Below, piece after piece: positions 1 through 9,555 of a DNA stretch of 64,000 bases. The position numbers and the translations under genes are program-made. Each line of letters begins with the position of its first letter. Within the stretch, counting starts at the first letter, position 1. Under the pieces are notes generated by a model, which was not told where the DNA came from, did no database searches, and saw only the letters and a program-made list of their open reading frames with translations. The stretch comes from an uncultured Collinsella sp. (GTDB lineage Bacteria; Actinomycetota; Coriobacteriia; Coriobacteriales; Coriobacteriaceae): contig CABRFA010000005.1 in NCBI GenBank assembly GCA_902470065.1, positions 1,566 to 65,565 on the forward strand, in the 5' to 3' direction.

Positions 1-475
1 CCTCATCCACATTTCCGAGCTCTCCTGGAACCACGTCAACCATCCTTCCGAGGTTGTCAAGGTTGGCCAGGAGGTCGAGGTCGAGGTTCTCGACGTCGAC
101 CTCAACCGCGAGCGCATCTCCCTGGGTCTCAAGCAGACCACCGAGGATCCGTGGCGCGCACTGGTCAAGAAGTACCCCGTCGGCGCTATCGTCGAGGGCA
201 CTGTGACCAAGCTTGTCCCGTTCGGCGCTTTCGTCGACCTGGGCGAGGGCATCGAGGGCCTGGTGCACATCTCCGAGATGGCCAACAAGCACGTCGATCA
301 GCCTTCTCAGGTCACCCACGTGGGCGACAAGGTTCAGGTCAAGGTCATGGAGATCGACCTCGACCGTCGTCGTATCTCCCTGTCCATGAAGTCCGCTGCT
401 GAGACTCTGGGCGTCGAGATCGAGGTTACCCCGCTTCCTTCCGAGAAGAAGGACGAGGAGACCGACGCCGAGTAA
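1..475 (+). CDS. rpsA: 30S ribosomal protein S1 (3' part, truncated by window edge)
   Basis: Tandem S1 repeats (FGAFVDLGEGIEGLVHISEM, RRISLSMK); strongly biased codons; stop TAA at 473-475. Confidence 0.95.
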   Translation, partial: LIHISELSWNHVNHPSEVVKVGQEVEVEVLDVDLNRERISLGLKQTTEDPWRALVKKYPVGAIVEGTVTKLVPFGAFVDLGEGIEGLVHISEMANKHVDQPSQVTHVGDKVQVKVMEIDLDRRRISLSMKSAAETLGVEIEVTPLPSEKKDEETDAE

Positions 476-499
476 ATCGGTTTGACGATCACTTGTTTT

Positions 500-535
500 A
501 AGGGATCCGTCCGCAATGGACGGGTCCCTTTTTGC
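500..535 (+). terminator. Rho-independent terminator after rpsA
   Basis: Hairpin aagggatccgtcc-gcaat-ggacgggtccctt followed by a T-run. Confidence 0.85.
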
Positions 536-797
536 ATTTGGTGCCGAGATGCACGATGCTGCCCATGCTGTCCACAGGCTATTTGGTTGTCGCTGCATGA
601 AAAATGCCGACATCCCGCCTCGGGGAGGAGGCGGGAACGCACCGAGTAGGCGGAGGGGTGCGGAGCGCGGTCGCGTCTCGACTGACGACGTTGCCCATCG
701 ACTGAACTATTGTAGCGCATGGGTGGTTCTTGGTTTATCGTGCGAGCGCTTGTGTTGTGCCATTGCCTGCGGCAACGGTGTGCTACACTCTTGCACT

Positions 798-1159
798 GCT
801 GAGTGGGCCAGACGGTCGCGCGATGTGCTGCTTGCAGCACGCGTGAGGAAAGTCCGGGCTCCAGAGGGCGGGATGCCGGCTAACGGCCGGGCGGAGTGAT
901 CCGACGGAAAGCGCCGCAGAAAAGAAGACTCCCACCTGCGTCGCAAGGCGTAAAGGGAAAAGCTGAAACGGTGGTGTAAGAGACCACCAGCGTCGTGGCA
1001 ACACGGCGGCTTGGCAAGCCCCATCCGGAGCAAGCGCGAATAGGAACGCTATGGGCCGGCCCGGTCCGCGTTCGGGTAGCGTGCGTGGAGCTGCACGGTA
1101 ACGTGCAGACAAGATAAATGACCGTTCACGACAGAACCCGGCTTACAAGCCCACTCGGC
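798..1159 (+). ncRNA. rnpB: RNase P RNA, bacterial type A
   Basis: Conserved GAGGAAAGTCCGGGCTCC near the 5' end and ACAGAACCCGGCTTA near the 3' end; termini gagtgggc/gcccactc pair as P1. Confidence 0.95.
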
Positions 1160-1175
1160 ACTTTGTTGACGCTGC

Positions 1176-1273
1176 GACGGCGTCAGCTGGCCGATTTGGC
1201 GCTCATTCGTCGGTCGCCGCCATAAGGCGTGCTCCCTCCTCTTTCGGGCCAAATCGACTCAGCTGACGCCGTC
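1176..1273. repeat. Structured inverted repeat (family B)
   Basis: Arms gacggcgtcagctggccgatttggc / gccaaatcgactcagctgacgccgtc; inner ctcctctttcggg motif shared with the copy at 18001 (ctcctctttc in the copy at 16701). Confidence 0.7.
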
Positions 1274-1471
1274 TCGCTGTCTTTGCCTGATCATCGACAG
1301 CCTCATTTTTGTTGCAATCTCGACTTTCAAGGCACCTTGCTCGCGCTGACGGGTTCTCGCTGTTGGTGACGGCATCATTGGCGTTCCCGTTCTTGTTGGC
1401 GAGGGCAATGGTGCTGTCTTTGCCGTATTATTGAGGCTGTTTGTTGCTGCGCTTTATTTTGTTGAGGGGCT

Positions 1472-2110
1472 TTGTTGGACAGCTATTTTACTCTGCAATC
1501 GAATATTGAGGTTTCGGGCGAGTTTTTGGACCGCAAGAGCCGGTTTATTGCCCAGCTGGTCCATATTGAGTCCGAGGATGAGGCGAATGCCTTTATCGAG
1601 ATGGTTCGCAAGCGTCATTACGACGCTCGACACAATGTCCCCGCGTGGATTTTGGTCGATGGACGCGAGCGCCAGAGCGATGACGGTGAGCCGAGCCGCA
1701 CGAGCGGTATGCCGACGCTCGAGGTGTTGCGCGGCGCAGAGCTCAAAAATGTTTGCTGCGTGGTGACGCGCTATTTTGGTGGCACGCTGTTGGGGCCCGG
1801 TGGCTTGGTGCGCGCCTATACCGCGGCGACGCAGGCGGCGGTGGCCGCGGCTCAGGAGGCCGGGCAGATTGTCGAGATGACGAGTGTCGTGCCTGTTGAC
1901 GTGCATGTGGCCTATCCGCAGTATGAGCAGGTGCTTCGTTTGGCGCAGGATTCGGGTGCCAAGGTTTCGGATACCGATTACGCGGATACCGTGACACTTC
2001 ACTTGGTGTTTAAGGCAGGGGAGCAGGAGTCGTTTTGCGCCAAGATGCGCGAGCTTATGGCGGGGCGCGAGGAGATTGAGGTCGGCGCTCCCGAGTTTGC
2101 CGAGTTCTAA
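1472..2110 (+). CDS. yigZ: YigZ/IMPACT family protein
   Basis: Motifs RKSRFIA, ARHNVPAW, SDDGEPSRTSG, VVTRYFGGTLLGPGGLVRAY. Confidence 0.9.
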   Translation: MLDSYFTLQSNIEVSGEFLDRKSRFIAQLVHIESEDEANAFIEMVRKRHYDARHNVPAWILVDGRERQSDDGEPSRTSGMPTLEVLRGAELKNVCCVVTRYFGGTLLGPGGLVRAYTAATQAAVAAAQEAGQIVEMTSVVPVDVHVAYPQYEQVLRLAQDSGAKVSDTDYADTVTLHLVFKAGEQESFCAKMRELMAGREEIEVGAPEFAEF

Positions 2111-2113
2111 CGG

Positions 2114-2161
2114 CGACGGCCGGCGTGCTTTTGGATGGATTCCAAGTGCGCCGGCCGTCGC
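2114..2161. terminator. Probable bidirectional terminator between convergent genes
   Basis: Hairpin cgacggccggcg...cgccggccgtcg followed by cttttct. Confidence 0.65.
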
Positions 2162-2178
2162 TTTTCTGTTGCTGCCGT

Positions 2179-2625
2179 TTACTCGGCGAGCTGCTTTAGC
2201 ACATCGCAGGCGATCTCGATGGCATCGTCGATGCAGCCGGGGCAGCTGCGGAGCGGACCCTTATCCGATCCGATGCCCTTGAGCGTGCCGCAGACGGTCG
2301 TCGTGTTCTTCTCGCCAAATCGCTTGGCAATCTCGCGCGACAGCTTGTAGGTCTGGCCTTTGGTCTTGGGGTTCTCCATGCCGTCGCTCATTACAAAGCC
2401 CATGATGGCAACAGCGCCCGAGATGGCGCCGCAGGTCTCGGTCATGCCACCCATGCCGGCGCCAAAGCCCTCGGTGAGGGTAAAGGCGGTCTGGGAGTCG
2501 AGCCCGACGGCAGGTGCGAGCGTGCAGGCAACGGCCTGTGCGCAGTTAAAGCCACGGGCGTGGTATTCGGCAGCTTGAGCCTGACAGGCGGCGATGTCGA
2601 GCTGGGCCGTATCGATTTGCTTCAT
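2179..2625 (-). CDS. C-GCAxxG-C-C family putative redox protein
   Basis: GFNCAQAV, GFGAGMG, ETCGAISG and further Cys residues; AAGGAG RBS before ATG at 2625. Confidence 0.85.
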   Translation of the reverse strand: MKQIDTAQLDIAACQAQAAEYHARGFNCAQAVACTLAPAVGLDSQTAFTLTEGFGAGMGGMTETCGAISGAVAIMGFVMSDGMENPKTKGQTYKLSREIAKRFGEKNTTTVCGTLKGIGSDKGPLRSCPGCIDDAIEIACDVLKQLAE

Positions 2626-2855
2626 CGTTGTCTCCTTGGTTACGGTGTACCCGCCTATGGTACCCGTGACGGGGTATGTAATCATCGAGAGCTTCATGGA
2701 TGCCTCATTTTTATCTATCGAGCAAATGCCCAAGGCTTGAGATAAATACCCCTGATCAATTTGTCCCATAACCTACCTTGGGGATGGGTTGAGAGGGGTG
2801 CAGGGTAGCGGTATCGTGAACCGAATAAAACGTAACCCAGGCAAGGGAGCTAGAT

Positions 2856-4139
2856 ATGAGCGAGCAGACTATCGGTACTACATGTGTTCAGGGCGGCTAT
2901 CACCCGGGAGATGCGGAGCCGCGCCAGGTGCCCATCTACCAGTCCACCACGTGGAAGTACGACACGTCGGAGCACATGGGCAAGCTGTTTGACCTGGAGG
3001 AGTCTGGCTACTTCTACAGCCGTCTGCAGAACCCCACGTGCGATTTGGTTGCCGCCAAGATTTGCGAGATGGAGGGCGGCACCGCAGCGATGCTCACGAG
3101 TTCGGGCATGGCTGCGAACTTCCTCGCGATCTTTAACGTTGCCGGTGCCGGCGATCACGTGGTCGCAAGCTCTGCCATTTACGGCGGTACGTATAACCTG
3201 CTCGCCCACACCATGGGCCGCATGGGCGTGACCTGCACGTTCGTCGCCCCCGACTGCACCGATGAGGAGCTCGAGGCAGCGTTTAAGCCCAATACCAAGC
3301 TCGTCTTTGGCGAGACGATCGCAAACCCCGCCCTTGCCGTGCTCGATATTGAGCGCTTTGCCAAGGCCGCACATGACCACGGCGTGCCGCTGATGGTCGA
3401 CAACACCTTCCCGACGCCCGTGATGTGCCGTCCCTTTGAGTGGGGCGCCGACATCGTTACGCACTCCACCACCAAGTACATGGATGGCCATGCGGCCTAC
3501 CTGGGCGGCGTGATCGTCGACCACGGCCAGTTTGACTGGATGGCCCATGCGGACAAGTTCCCGGGTCTCACCACGCCCGACGAGAGCTACCACGGCGTGA
3601 CGTATGCCGAGAAGTTCGGTCGCGAGGGCGCCTTCATTACCAAGGCAACCGCTCAGCTCATGCGCGACCTCGGCCCCATGCAGAACCCGCAGGCGGCGTT
3701 CTTCTTGAACAGCTCGCTCGAGAGCCTGCATGTGCGCATGCCGCGTCATTGCGAGAACGGCCTGGCCGTTGCCAAGTTCCTGCAGAGCCATCCCAAGGTG
3801 CGCTTCGTGAGCTATCCGGGCCTGGAGGGCGACAAGTACTATGACCTCGCTCAGAAGTACATGCCAAACGGTACCTGCGGCGTTGTGAGCTTTGGCTTTA
3901 ATGGTGGTCGCGCGGCGGCCGAGACCTTTATGAAGAGTCTCAAGCTCGCCCAGATCGCCACGCATGTGGCTGACGCCCGCACCTGCTGCCTGCATCCCGC
4001 TAACGCTACGCACCGCCAGATGAACGATGAGGAGCTCATCGCCTGTGGCATCTCCGCCGACATGGTGCGCCTGTCGTGCGGCCTCGAGGACACGGCCGAT
4101 CTGATTGCCGACCTTGAGCAGGCACTCGAGCAGTGCTAG
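2856..4139 (+). CDS. metY: O-acetylhomoserine aminocarboxypropyltransferase/cysteine synthase
   Basis: PIYQST, YSRLQNPT, DNTF and the PLP-lysine motif HSTTKYMDGH; HPANATHRQ. Confidence 0.9.
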   Translation: MSEQTIGTTCVQGGYHPGDAEPRQVPIYQSTTWKYDTSEHMGKLFDLEESGYFYSRLQNPTCDLVAAKICEMEGGTAAMLTSSGMAANFLAIFNVAGAGDHVVASSAIYGGTYNLLAHTMGRMGVTCTFVAPDCTDEELEAAFKPNTKLVFGETIANPALAVLDIERFAKAAHDHGVPLMVDNTFPTPVMCRPFEWGADIVTHSTTKYMDGHAAYLGGVIVDHGQFDWMAHADKFPGLTTPDESYHGVTYAEKFGREGAFITKATAQLMRDLGPMQNPQAAFFLNSSLESLHVRMPRHCENGLAVAKFLQSHPKVRFVSYPGLEGDKYYDLAQKYMPNGTCGVVSFGFNGGRAAAETFMKSLKLAQIATHVADARTCCLHPANATHRQMNDEELIACGISADMVRLSCGLEDTADLIADLEQALEQC

Positions 4140-4274
4140 GCTAGCTCCGTACAAGGTGCCGATGCTGGCAGAAAGCTTCTGTGACCTTTCGTTCCGATTC
4201 CGTAGGCGGGACCCCAATCGCGGCTGTTTGCAGGCGATCGGGGCCCCGTTTTTTGCGTTAGGCCACTCGAAAGG

Positions 4275-5585
4275 ATGGATATGGAGAAAACTGCAGAGCA
4301 GCTGCGCCGCGAGCACATTGCCCTAGAGGGCGACACCCATGGCAAGAACAAGTGGGCGATTCTGTTTACCGTGCTCATCATGACGTTTATGGTGTGTCTG
4401 GATTCGACCGTCGTGACCGTGGCGCTGCCCGTGATGCAAAAGGAGCTGGGCGTGGGCCTCGATCGCATTCAGCTGGTAAGCTCGGTGTATCTGCTTGCGA
4501 CTTGCGTGGCTATGTTGCCGTTTGGCCGTCTGGGCGACGTGCGCGGCAAGGTGAATGTGTTCCAGTTGGGCGTCATCGTCTTTTCGGTCGGTTCGCTGCT
4601 GTGCGGCCTTTCGGCCTCGCTTGAGGTTCTTATCCTGGCACGCATTGCTCAGGGCATCGGTTGCGCGGCGGCCATGGCTAACAACATGGGTATCATCACC
4701 GAGTCGTTTCCGGCGCGCGAACGAGGCCGTGCCATGGGTATTCTCGCGACCTTTGTGGCCCTCGGCATGATGTGTGGCCCCGTGCTCGGCGGCATGCTGG
4801 TGGCAAGCTTTCCCTGGGAGAGCATCTTCCTCATCAACCTGCCCATTGGCGTGATCTCGTTTATCGTGGGACTCTACACGCTGCCGCATGTTAGGCCAGA
4901 GGCCGGCGAACGTCCCATGCCCCTTGCCGAGGCCGCTCGTCGCTGCTTAGCAAATTCGGCCTTCACCATCAACCTTGCCTGCATGCTCATCGTGTTCGTT
5001 GGCATTGGCGCATCCGAGTTTATTCTGCCGTTCTATTTTCAGGACGCCCACGGCTTTGGTTCTGACATTTCCGGATTGCTCTTTTTGGCGCTGCCAATGG
5101 TGAATGCCTTTATCGGCCCGCTTTCGGGAACGGTTTCGGACCGTGTTGGCTGCGAGGGTCCCACGGCGGTCGGCCTGGGCGTGTATGTGTGCGGTCTCTT
5201 TGCAGTAAGCACGCTCGACGAGCACTCTTCTATCCCTGTGATCGTGTGCTGTGTCGCGTTTATGTCGTGTGGCACGTCGATTTTCCAGAGCCCCAACAAC
5301 TCGCTGTACATGGGCTCGGCTCCGCGTGAGGCGCTCGGTTTTGCGGGTAGCTTGGGCAGTTTGGCGCGCTACGCCGGCATGGCACTCGGCATTACGGTGG
5401 CGTCACATATCCTATATGGACAGATGAGCGTGGCGATGGGCGAGGCCGTGACCAGCTTTGTTGCAGGACGTCCGGATGTGTTCCTGTTTGGCTTTCGCTC
5501 GGTGTTCTACGTGCTCATGACTGTGGCCGCTGTGGGCTTTGCGCTCGCCATGGTGCGTTTGGTGAGGATGCGCGCCCGCCATTAG
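4275..5585 (+). CDS. MFS transporter, DHA2/EmrB-like
   Basis: LDSTVVTVALP, GRLGDVRG, RGRAMG, WESIFLINLPIG; many hydrophobic segments. Confidence 0.85.
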   Translation: MDMEKTAEQLRREHIALEGDTHGKNKWAILFTVLIMTFMVCLDSTVVTVALPVMQKELGVGLDRIQLVSSVYLLATCVAMLPFGRLGDVRGKVNVFQLGVIVFSVGSLLCGLSASLEVLILARIAQGIGCAAAMANNMGIITESFPARERGRAMGILATFVALGMMCGPVLGGMLVASFPWESIFLINLPIGVISFIVGLYTLPHVRPEAGERPMPLAEAARRCLANSAFTINLACMLIVFVGIGASEFILPFYFQDAHGFGSDISGLLFLALPMVNAFIGPLSGTVSDRVGCEGPTAVGLGVYVCGLFAVSTLDEHSSIPVIVCCVAFMSCGTSIFQSPNNSLYMGSAPREALGFAGSLGSLARYAGMALGITVASHILYGQMSVAMGEAVTSFVAGRPDVFLFGFRSVFYVLMTVAAVGFALAMVRLVRMRARH

Positions 5586-5744
5586 CTTGTGGTGGCAGGC
5601 TTGCCACGAATCGTGCCTATCTACTGGTCTTGCAGCTTTATGGTGCTATGTGGCTTGTGGGGCGGGCGGGGGTCGGTCCGTGGTAGACTATCGAACAACG
5701 TTTATTAATCGCGCGGTATCGTTGCCGCGAGAAGGGGTTGCGCC

Positions 5745-6323
5745 ATGCAGGAGCTTGAGGATCGTATTCGCCATGACGGCATCGTAAAGGCCGGTAACGT
5801 CCTTAAGGTTGATGCCTTCCTCAACCACCAGTGCGACGTTGAGCTGTTCGATCACATGGGTGCCGAGTGGGCCCGTCTGTTCGAGGGTGTCGAGATCAAC
5901 AAGATCCTGACGATCGAGGCTTCGGGCATTGGTATGGCCTGCATCGCGGCTCAGCATTTTGGCGGTGTGCCGGTGGTCTTTGCCAAGAAGGCGCAGTCCA
6001 TCAACCTCGACGGCGAGCAGTATGCCACGACCATCTACTCCTTTACCAAGCAGAAGGAGTACCCGGTCATCGTTGGCAAGCGCTTCCTGTCCGAGGGCGA
6101 CAAGGTTCTGATTATCGACGACTTCCTAGCCAACGGCTGCGCGCTCGAGGGTCTTATCAAGATCTGCGAGGCTGCGGGCGCCGAGGTTGCCGGCATTGGC
6201 ATTGCGGTGGAGAAGGGTTTCCAGGGCGGTGGCGATAAGCTCCGCGAGCGCGGCTTCCGCGTTGAGAGCCTGGCCCGTATCGCCGATATGGACTGCGAGA
6301 ACGGCGAGATCACCTTCGCCTAA
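5745..6323 (+). CDS. xpt: Xanthine phosphoribosyltransferase
   Basis: [22 protein letters not shown] loop [16 protein letters not shown]. Confidence 0.93.
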   Translation: MQELEDRIRHDGIVKAGNVLKVDAFLNHQCDVELFDHMGAEWARLFEGVEINKILTIEASGIGMACIAAQHFGGVPVVFAKKAQSINLDGEQYATTIYSFTKQKEYPVIVGKRFLSEGDKVLIIDDFLANGCALEGLIKICEAAGAEVAGIGIAVEKGFQGGGDKLRERGFRVESLARIADMDCENGEITFA

Positions 6324-6350
6324 GCGCGCAACACAAGCGATTGGTATGCG

Positions 6351-6381
6351 ATGTGACAAAGGGACTGTCCCTTTGTCACAT
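6351..6381. repeat. Perfect 15-1-15 palindrome (gggac/ctgtccc family D)
   Basis: atgtgacaaagggac-t-gtccctttgtcacat followed by a T-run; may also act as the xpt terminator. Confidence 0.75.
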
Positions 6382-6406
6382 TTTTTGTATGAGGGGAGGT
6401 GTTGAT

Positions 6407-6787
6407 ATGGATGAGAATAAGATGGGATGGCGCGAGTATGCGCGCTATGCCGAGATGTCGGCCGAGGAGTTGGCGCGCGATTGCGAGGTGCAGGTGTTTC
6501 GCGCGACGGGTCCGGGCGGACAGGGCGTGAACACGACGGACTCGGCGGTGCGCATGAAGCATATCCCTTCGGGGATTACCGTGACGGCGCGCGAGAGCCG
6601 CAGTCAGTTCCAAAACCGTAGTAGCTGCCTGCGTAAGCTGCGCGCCGAGCTTGGACGTCGCGGGCGTCCACCGCGCCGGCGCGTAAAGACCAAGGTGCCT
6701 CAGCGCTCTCGCCAGCGCAGGCTCAATGACAAGCACTTCAACGCCATTAAAAAGGCCAACCGTCGCAAGCCGGGCAGCGACGAATAG
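6407..6787 (+). CDS. ArfB/YaeJ-like peptidyl-tRNA hydrolase (release-factor-like)
   Basis: [14 protein letters not shown] (GGQ) domain, RSQFQNR and a basic C-terminal tail; GGAGG RBS. Confidence 0.8.
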   Translation: MDENKMGWREYARYAEMSAEELARDCEVQVFRATGPGGQGVNTTDSAVRMKHIPSGITVTARESRSQFQNRSSCLRKLRAELGRRGRPPRRRVKTKVPQRSRQRRLNDKHFNAIKKANRRKPGSDE

Positions 6788-6795
6788 CCTCCTCA

Positions 6796-6866
6796 TAAGT
6801 TGCGGTGAAATAGGGACTGTTTTGCGGCTTTAGATGCATAAACAGTCCCTATTTCACCGCAACTTA
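6796..6866. repeat. REP-like palindrome family A, solo copy 1
   Basis: 27-bp perfect arms taagttgcggtgaaatagggactgttt with a 17-nt loop, between convergent genes. Confidence 0.9.
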
Positions 6867-6873
6867 GGTGGGG

Positions 6874-7836
6874 TTAGCGGGTGGGATGCCAGACGTGGAG
6901 GACGCCGGCAAGGATGTCGACCTCGATGCGCGAGGCGACAACGGGCTCGCTGTCGGCCTGGATGGGGTAGTCGGGCTCCTCAAAGGTGAGCTCGACATGG
7001 CGGCAGCGGCGCATGCGAACCGGCGGCAACTTGGTATGGTGGCCGTCCTTGGCCGAAAGAAACATAGGCAGGGCAACCGCACGCGGAACGGGGCCGCAGG
7101 CGTAGCAGATGTCGAGTACGCCGTCGCAGGGGTCGGCATCGGGGCAGATGCGATAGCCCGAGCCATAGGTAGGACCCAGCTGAATTGCCATGATGATCGC
7201 CCGCACGCGCTCGGCGGGCGCGCCATCAAAGCTGATGGTCATGGGGTAGTTGCGATAGCGCAGGCCAAACTGCTCAAGTCCCGATAGGGTGTAGAGCGGA
7301 GCGCCGGCGAGGCCCGTCTTTTTGCGCAGCTCGGTGGTGCCCAGGCCGATGGCGGCATCGATGCCGACCGAGAGCGTCTGGTCGTAGTACTCAACGGTAG
7401 CCTCGCCGCTGCCGCTCGCAGGGCTCCACGAGCGAATGCGCCCGATGTCCTGACGCTGCAGCTCGCAGGTGAGCAGCGCGCCAAAATCCTTACCGGAGAA
7501 ATCGTCGATGCCGAGCGTTTGGGCAAAATCGTTGCCAGAGCCCACAGGTAGGATGGCAAGAGCGGGGCGGGTGTCCTCCTCTTGCGTCATAAGCCCGTTG
7601 ACGACCTCGTGAATCACGCCGTCGCCGCCAAGGGCGATAACGGTGCGATAGCCCTGGGCCTGTGCGGCCAGCTCCTTGGCGTGTCCCATGCGCTCGGTTA
7701 GCACCAAGTCAAACTGGGATGCGCGTGCAGTCATGTCCAAAAAGCGTTGCAGGCGCTCGGCAACTTCGTGCGCCGCACCCGACTGGGCGGCTGGGTTGGC
7801 GATGATGAGCGTGCGGCCAAAATCAGTTGCGTGCAT
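6874..7836 (-). CDS. Diacylglycerol/lipid kinase family protein (YegS/BmrU-like)
   Basis: IANPAAQSG, GGDGVIHEVVNGL, LPVGSGNDFA, YGSG, DG.LD. Confidence 0.88.
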   Translation of the reverse strand: MHATDFGRTLIIANPAAQSGAAHEVAERLQRFLDMTARASQFDLVLTERMGHAKELAAQAQGYRTVIALGGDGVIHEVVNGLMTQEEDTRPALAILPVGSGNDFAQTLGIDDFSGKDFGALLTCELQRQDIGRIRSWSPASGSGEATVEYYDQTLSVGIDAAIGLGTTELRKKTGLAGAPLYTLSGLEQFGLRYRNYPMTISFDGAPAERVRAIIMAIQLGPTYGSGYRICPDADPCDGVLDICYACGPVPRAVALPMFLSAKDGHHTKLPPVRMRRCRHVELTFEEPDYPIQADSEPVVASRIEVDILAGVLHVWHPTR

Positions 7837-7923
7837 GGGGCGACTCCCGGCGTATGACGTGACGGTGCGGTCGCGCTCAGGTCGAATTGCCCCCGATTGT
7901 GGCTGCACGTCGAATACTTACGT

Positions 7924-9345
7924 CTACTCTATCAGGTCGTTGTGGCGCTCGATAGCATCCGCTACCGTACCGCCCTCATCCACAATAAGCGAACGGCGCT
8001 TGGGCGAGATGATGCGCTGGGCGGGGTACACGCCGCGGTGTCCGGCAGTTAGGTAGCTGATAAAGGCCACGATGACAAAGAACCCGGCTGCCGTGCCGTG
8101 GAACAGGTCGATGGCCATCATGCAGGTGGTGATGGGCACGTTGAGGCCGGCACAGAACACGCCGAGCATGCCGAGAGCCGCCAGAAAACTGGGGTCGATT
8201 CCGACGAGGCAACCGATCCAGCCGCCGAGCGCCGCACCGATGCCAAACAGGGGCGTGACCTCGCCGCCTTGGAAGCCCGCACCCAGGGTAAGCGCTGTGA
8301 CGACCAACTTGATGGCTGCGTCTGCCAGGGTGGTGTTGCCGGCAAATCCGGCGCCGGAAAGCCACGTGGAAAGGCCGGCGTAGTCCCAGGCGTCGAGAAG
8401 GGCATAGGCGGCCAAAACCACGAGTGCGCCTATGAGTGCGCGAACGAGGTAATTGGTGATAAAGCGACCGTACAGGCTCTTGACGGTTCGAACTGACCAG
8501 GCAAAGAGGCGTGCCGTCAGACCGAAGATAATGGCGCTGATAACAACGATGACAACCGTCCGTGGTGTCATGTTGGGAATGCTGGCGATAACATTCGCCT
8601 CGTACTCGGTACCCAGGGCGAGTGATGTAAAGTAGCCGGTAAACGAGGCGACCAGGCAGTAGATGCCCGCGGTGTAGTCGATCTTGCCGATAAAGCACAT
8701 CTCCATGCCAAAGAAAGCTCCGGCAAGGGGCGAACCGAATACGGCGCCAAAGGCCGACGAGATGCCGGCGAGCATGAGGTCGTGGTGGTCATGCTTTTTG
8801 AGGTGGGCGAGGCTCGAGATGTTGCTGGCGATGGTGCCGCCAATCTGCACCGCGGCTCCCTCGCGACCGGCCGATCCGCCCGTTAGGTGCGTGAGCGTGG
8901 AGCAGACGAAGGTGAGGACGGCCATGCGCATATGGATGAGGCGTGTGCCCAGAGCGGAGTCGATGACCAGGTTGTTACCGCGTTTGGCGGCAAGACCGTG
9001 GTTTTTGTACACCCATGCGGTGGCAACGCCCACAACGGGAAGCAGTGCGTAAATCCACGCATGGTGCTCGCGATAGTCGGTGGCGATATTCAGCGAGGCC
9101 AAAAACGCCCAAGCGGCAACGCCCATGGCGAGCGAGACAATGACGACGAGCGCGAGCAACTTGGCGCTCGCGAGTAGGTTGCGGGCGTTGCGGCGCGTGT
9201 CGGCAGCCAGGAGATGCTCGGAGCGGGTAAGTTGATGCCTGCCTGCCGTGATGACGTCGTTCAGGGAGAAAAAGCCGCCGTCGTCGAGCGGCTGGGAATG
9301 ATCCTGCGTTTCGTTTGCGCTTTCGGTTTTGTCGTTATGAGCCAT
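7924..9345 (-). CDS. eriC: CLC-family transporter, fluoride-exporting CLC-F clade
   Basis: GNNLV, GSAGREGAAVQ and GGEVTPLF motifs; AAGAGGA RBS before ATG at 9345. Confidence 0.8.
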   Translation of the reverse strand: MAHNDKTESANETQDHSQPLDDGGFFSLNDVITAGRHQLTRSEHLLAADTRRNARNLLASAKLLALVVIVSLAMGVAAWAFLASLNIATDYREHHAWIYALLPVVGVATAWVYKNHGLAAKRGNNLVIDSALGTRLIHMRMAVLTFVCSTLTHLTGGSAGREGAAVQIGGTIASNISSLAHLKKHDHHDLMLAGISSAFGAVFGSPLAGAFFGMEMCFIGKIDYTAGIYCLVASFTGYFTSLALGTEYEANVIASIPNMTPRTVVIVVISAIIFGLTARLFAWSVRTVKSLYGRFITNYLVRALIGALVVLAAYALLDAWDYAGLSTWLSGAGFAGNTTLADAAIKLVVTALTLGAGFQGGEVTPLFGIGAALGGWIGCLVGIDPSFLAALGMLGVFCAGLNVPITTCMMAIDLFHGTAAGFFVIVAFISYLTAGHRGVYPAQRIISPKRRSLIVDEGGTVADAIERHNDLIE

Positions 9346-9555
9346 ACGTTCCTCTTTTAGGTTGCAACGCAAGCATTATAAAACGCGGTAAACGCGACGA
9401 GCCGGTGGGTTGGTTTCCATTCTGTTTCGCGGCCTGCAACCGACAGGTGTATTTGCGGGTACAGGCCGAGTCGCGGTCGTGCGTCGGGGGATTATACTGA
9501 GACAAGCATAAAGAATCGGCGCCCCTGTTGTGCGCCGTGGCATTAAGAGGTGCAT

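Noticed and set aside
516..1252. Small ORFs around 516-1252
   Set aside because: They overlap the RNase P RNA and its promoter region and show no protein motifs.
2626..2855. SAM riboswitch upstream of metY
   Set aside because: No recognisable SAM-I/IV core; the region looks like a plain divergent promoter.
9346..9550. Fluoride riboswitch upstream of the CLC gene
   Set aside because: I could not find the conserved GATGG..(A)ATGA..CTAC-type core on the minus strand.
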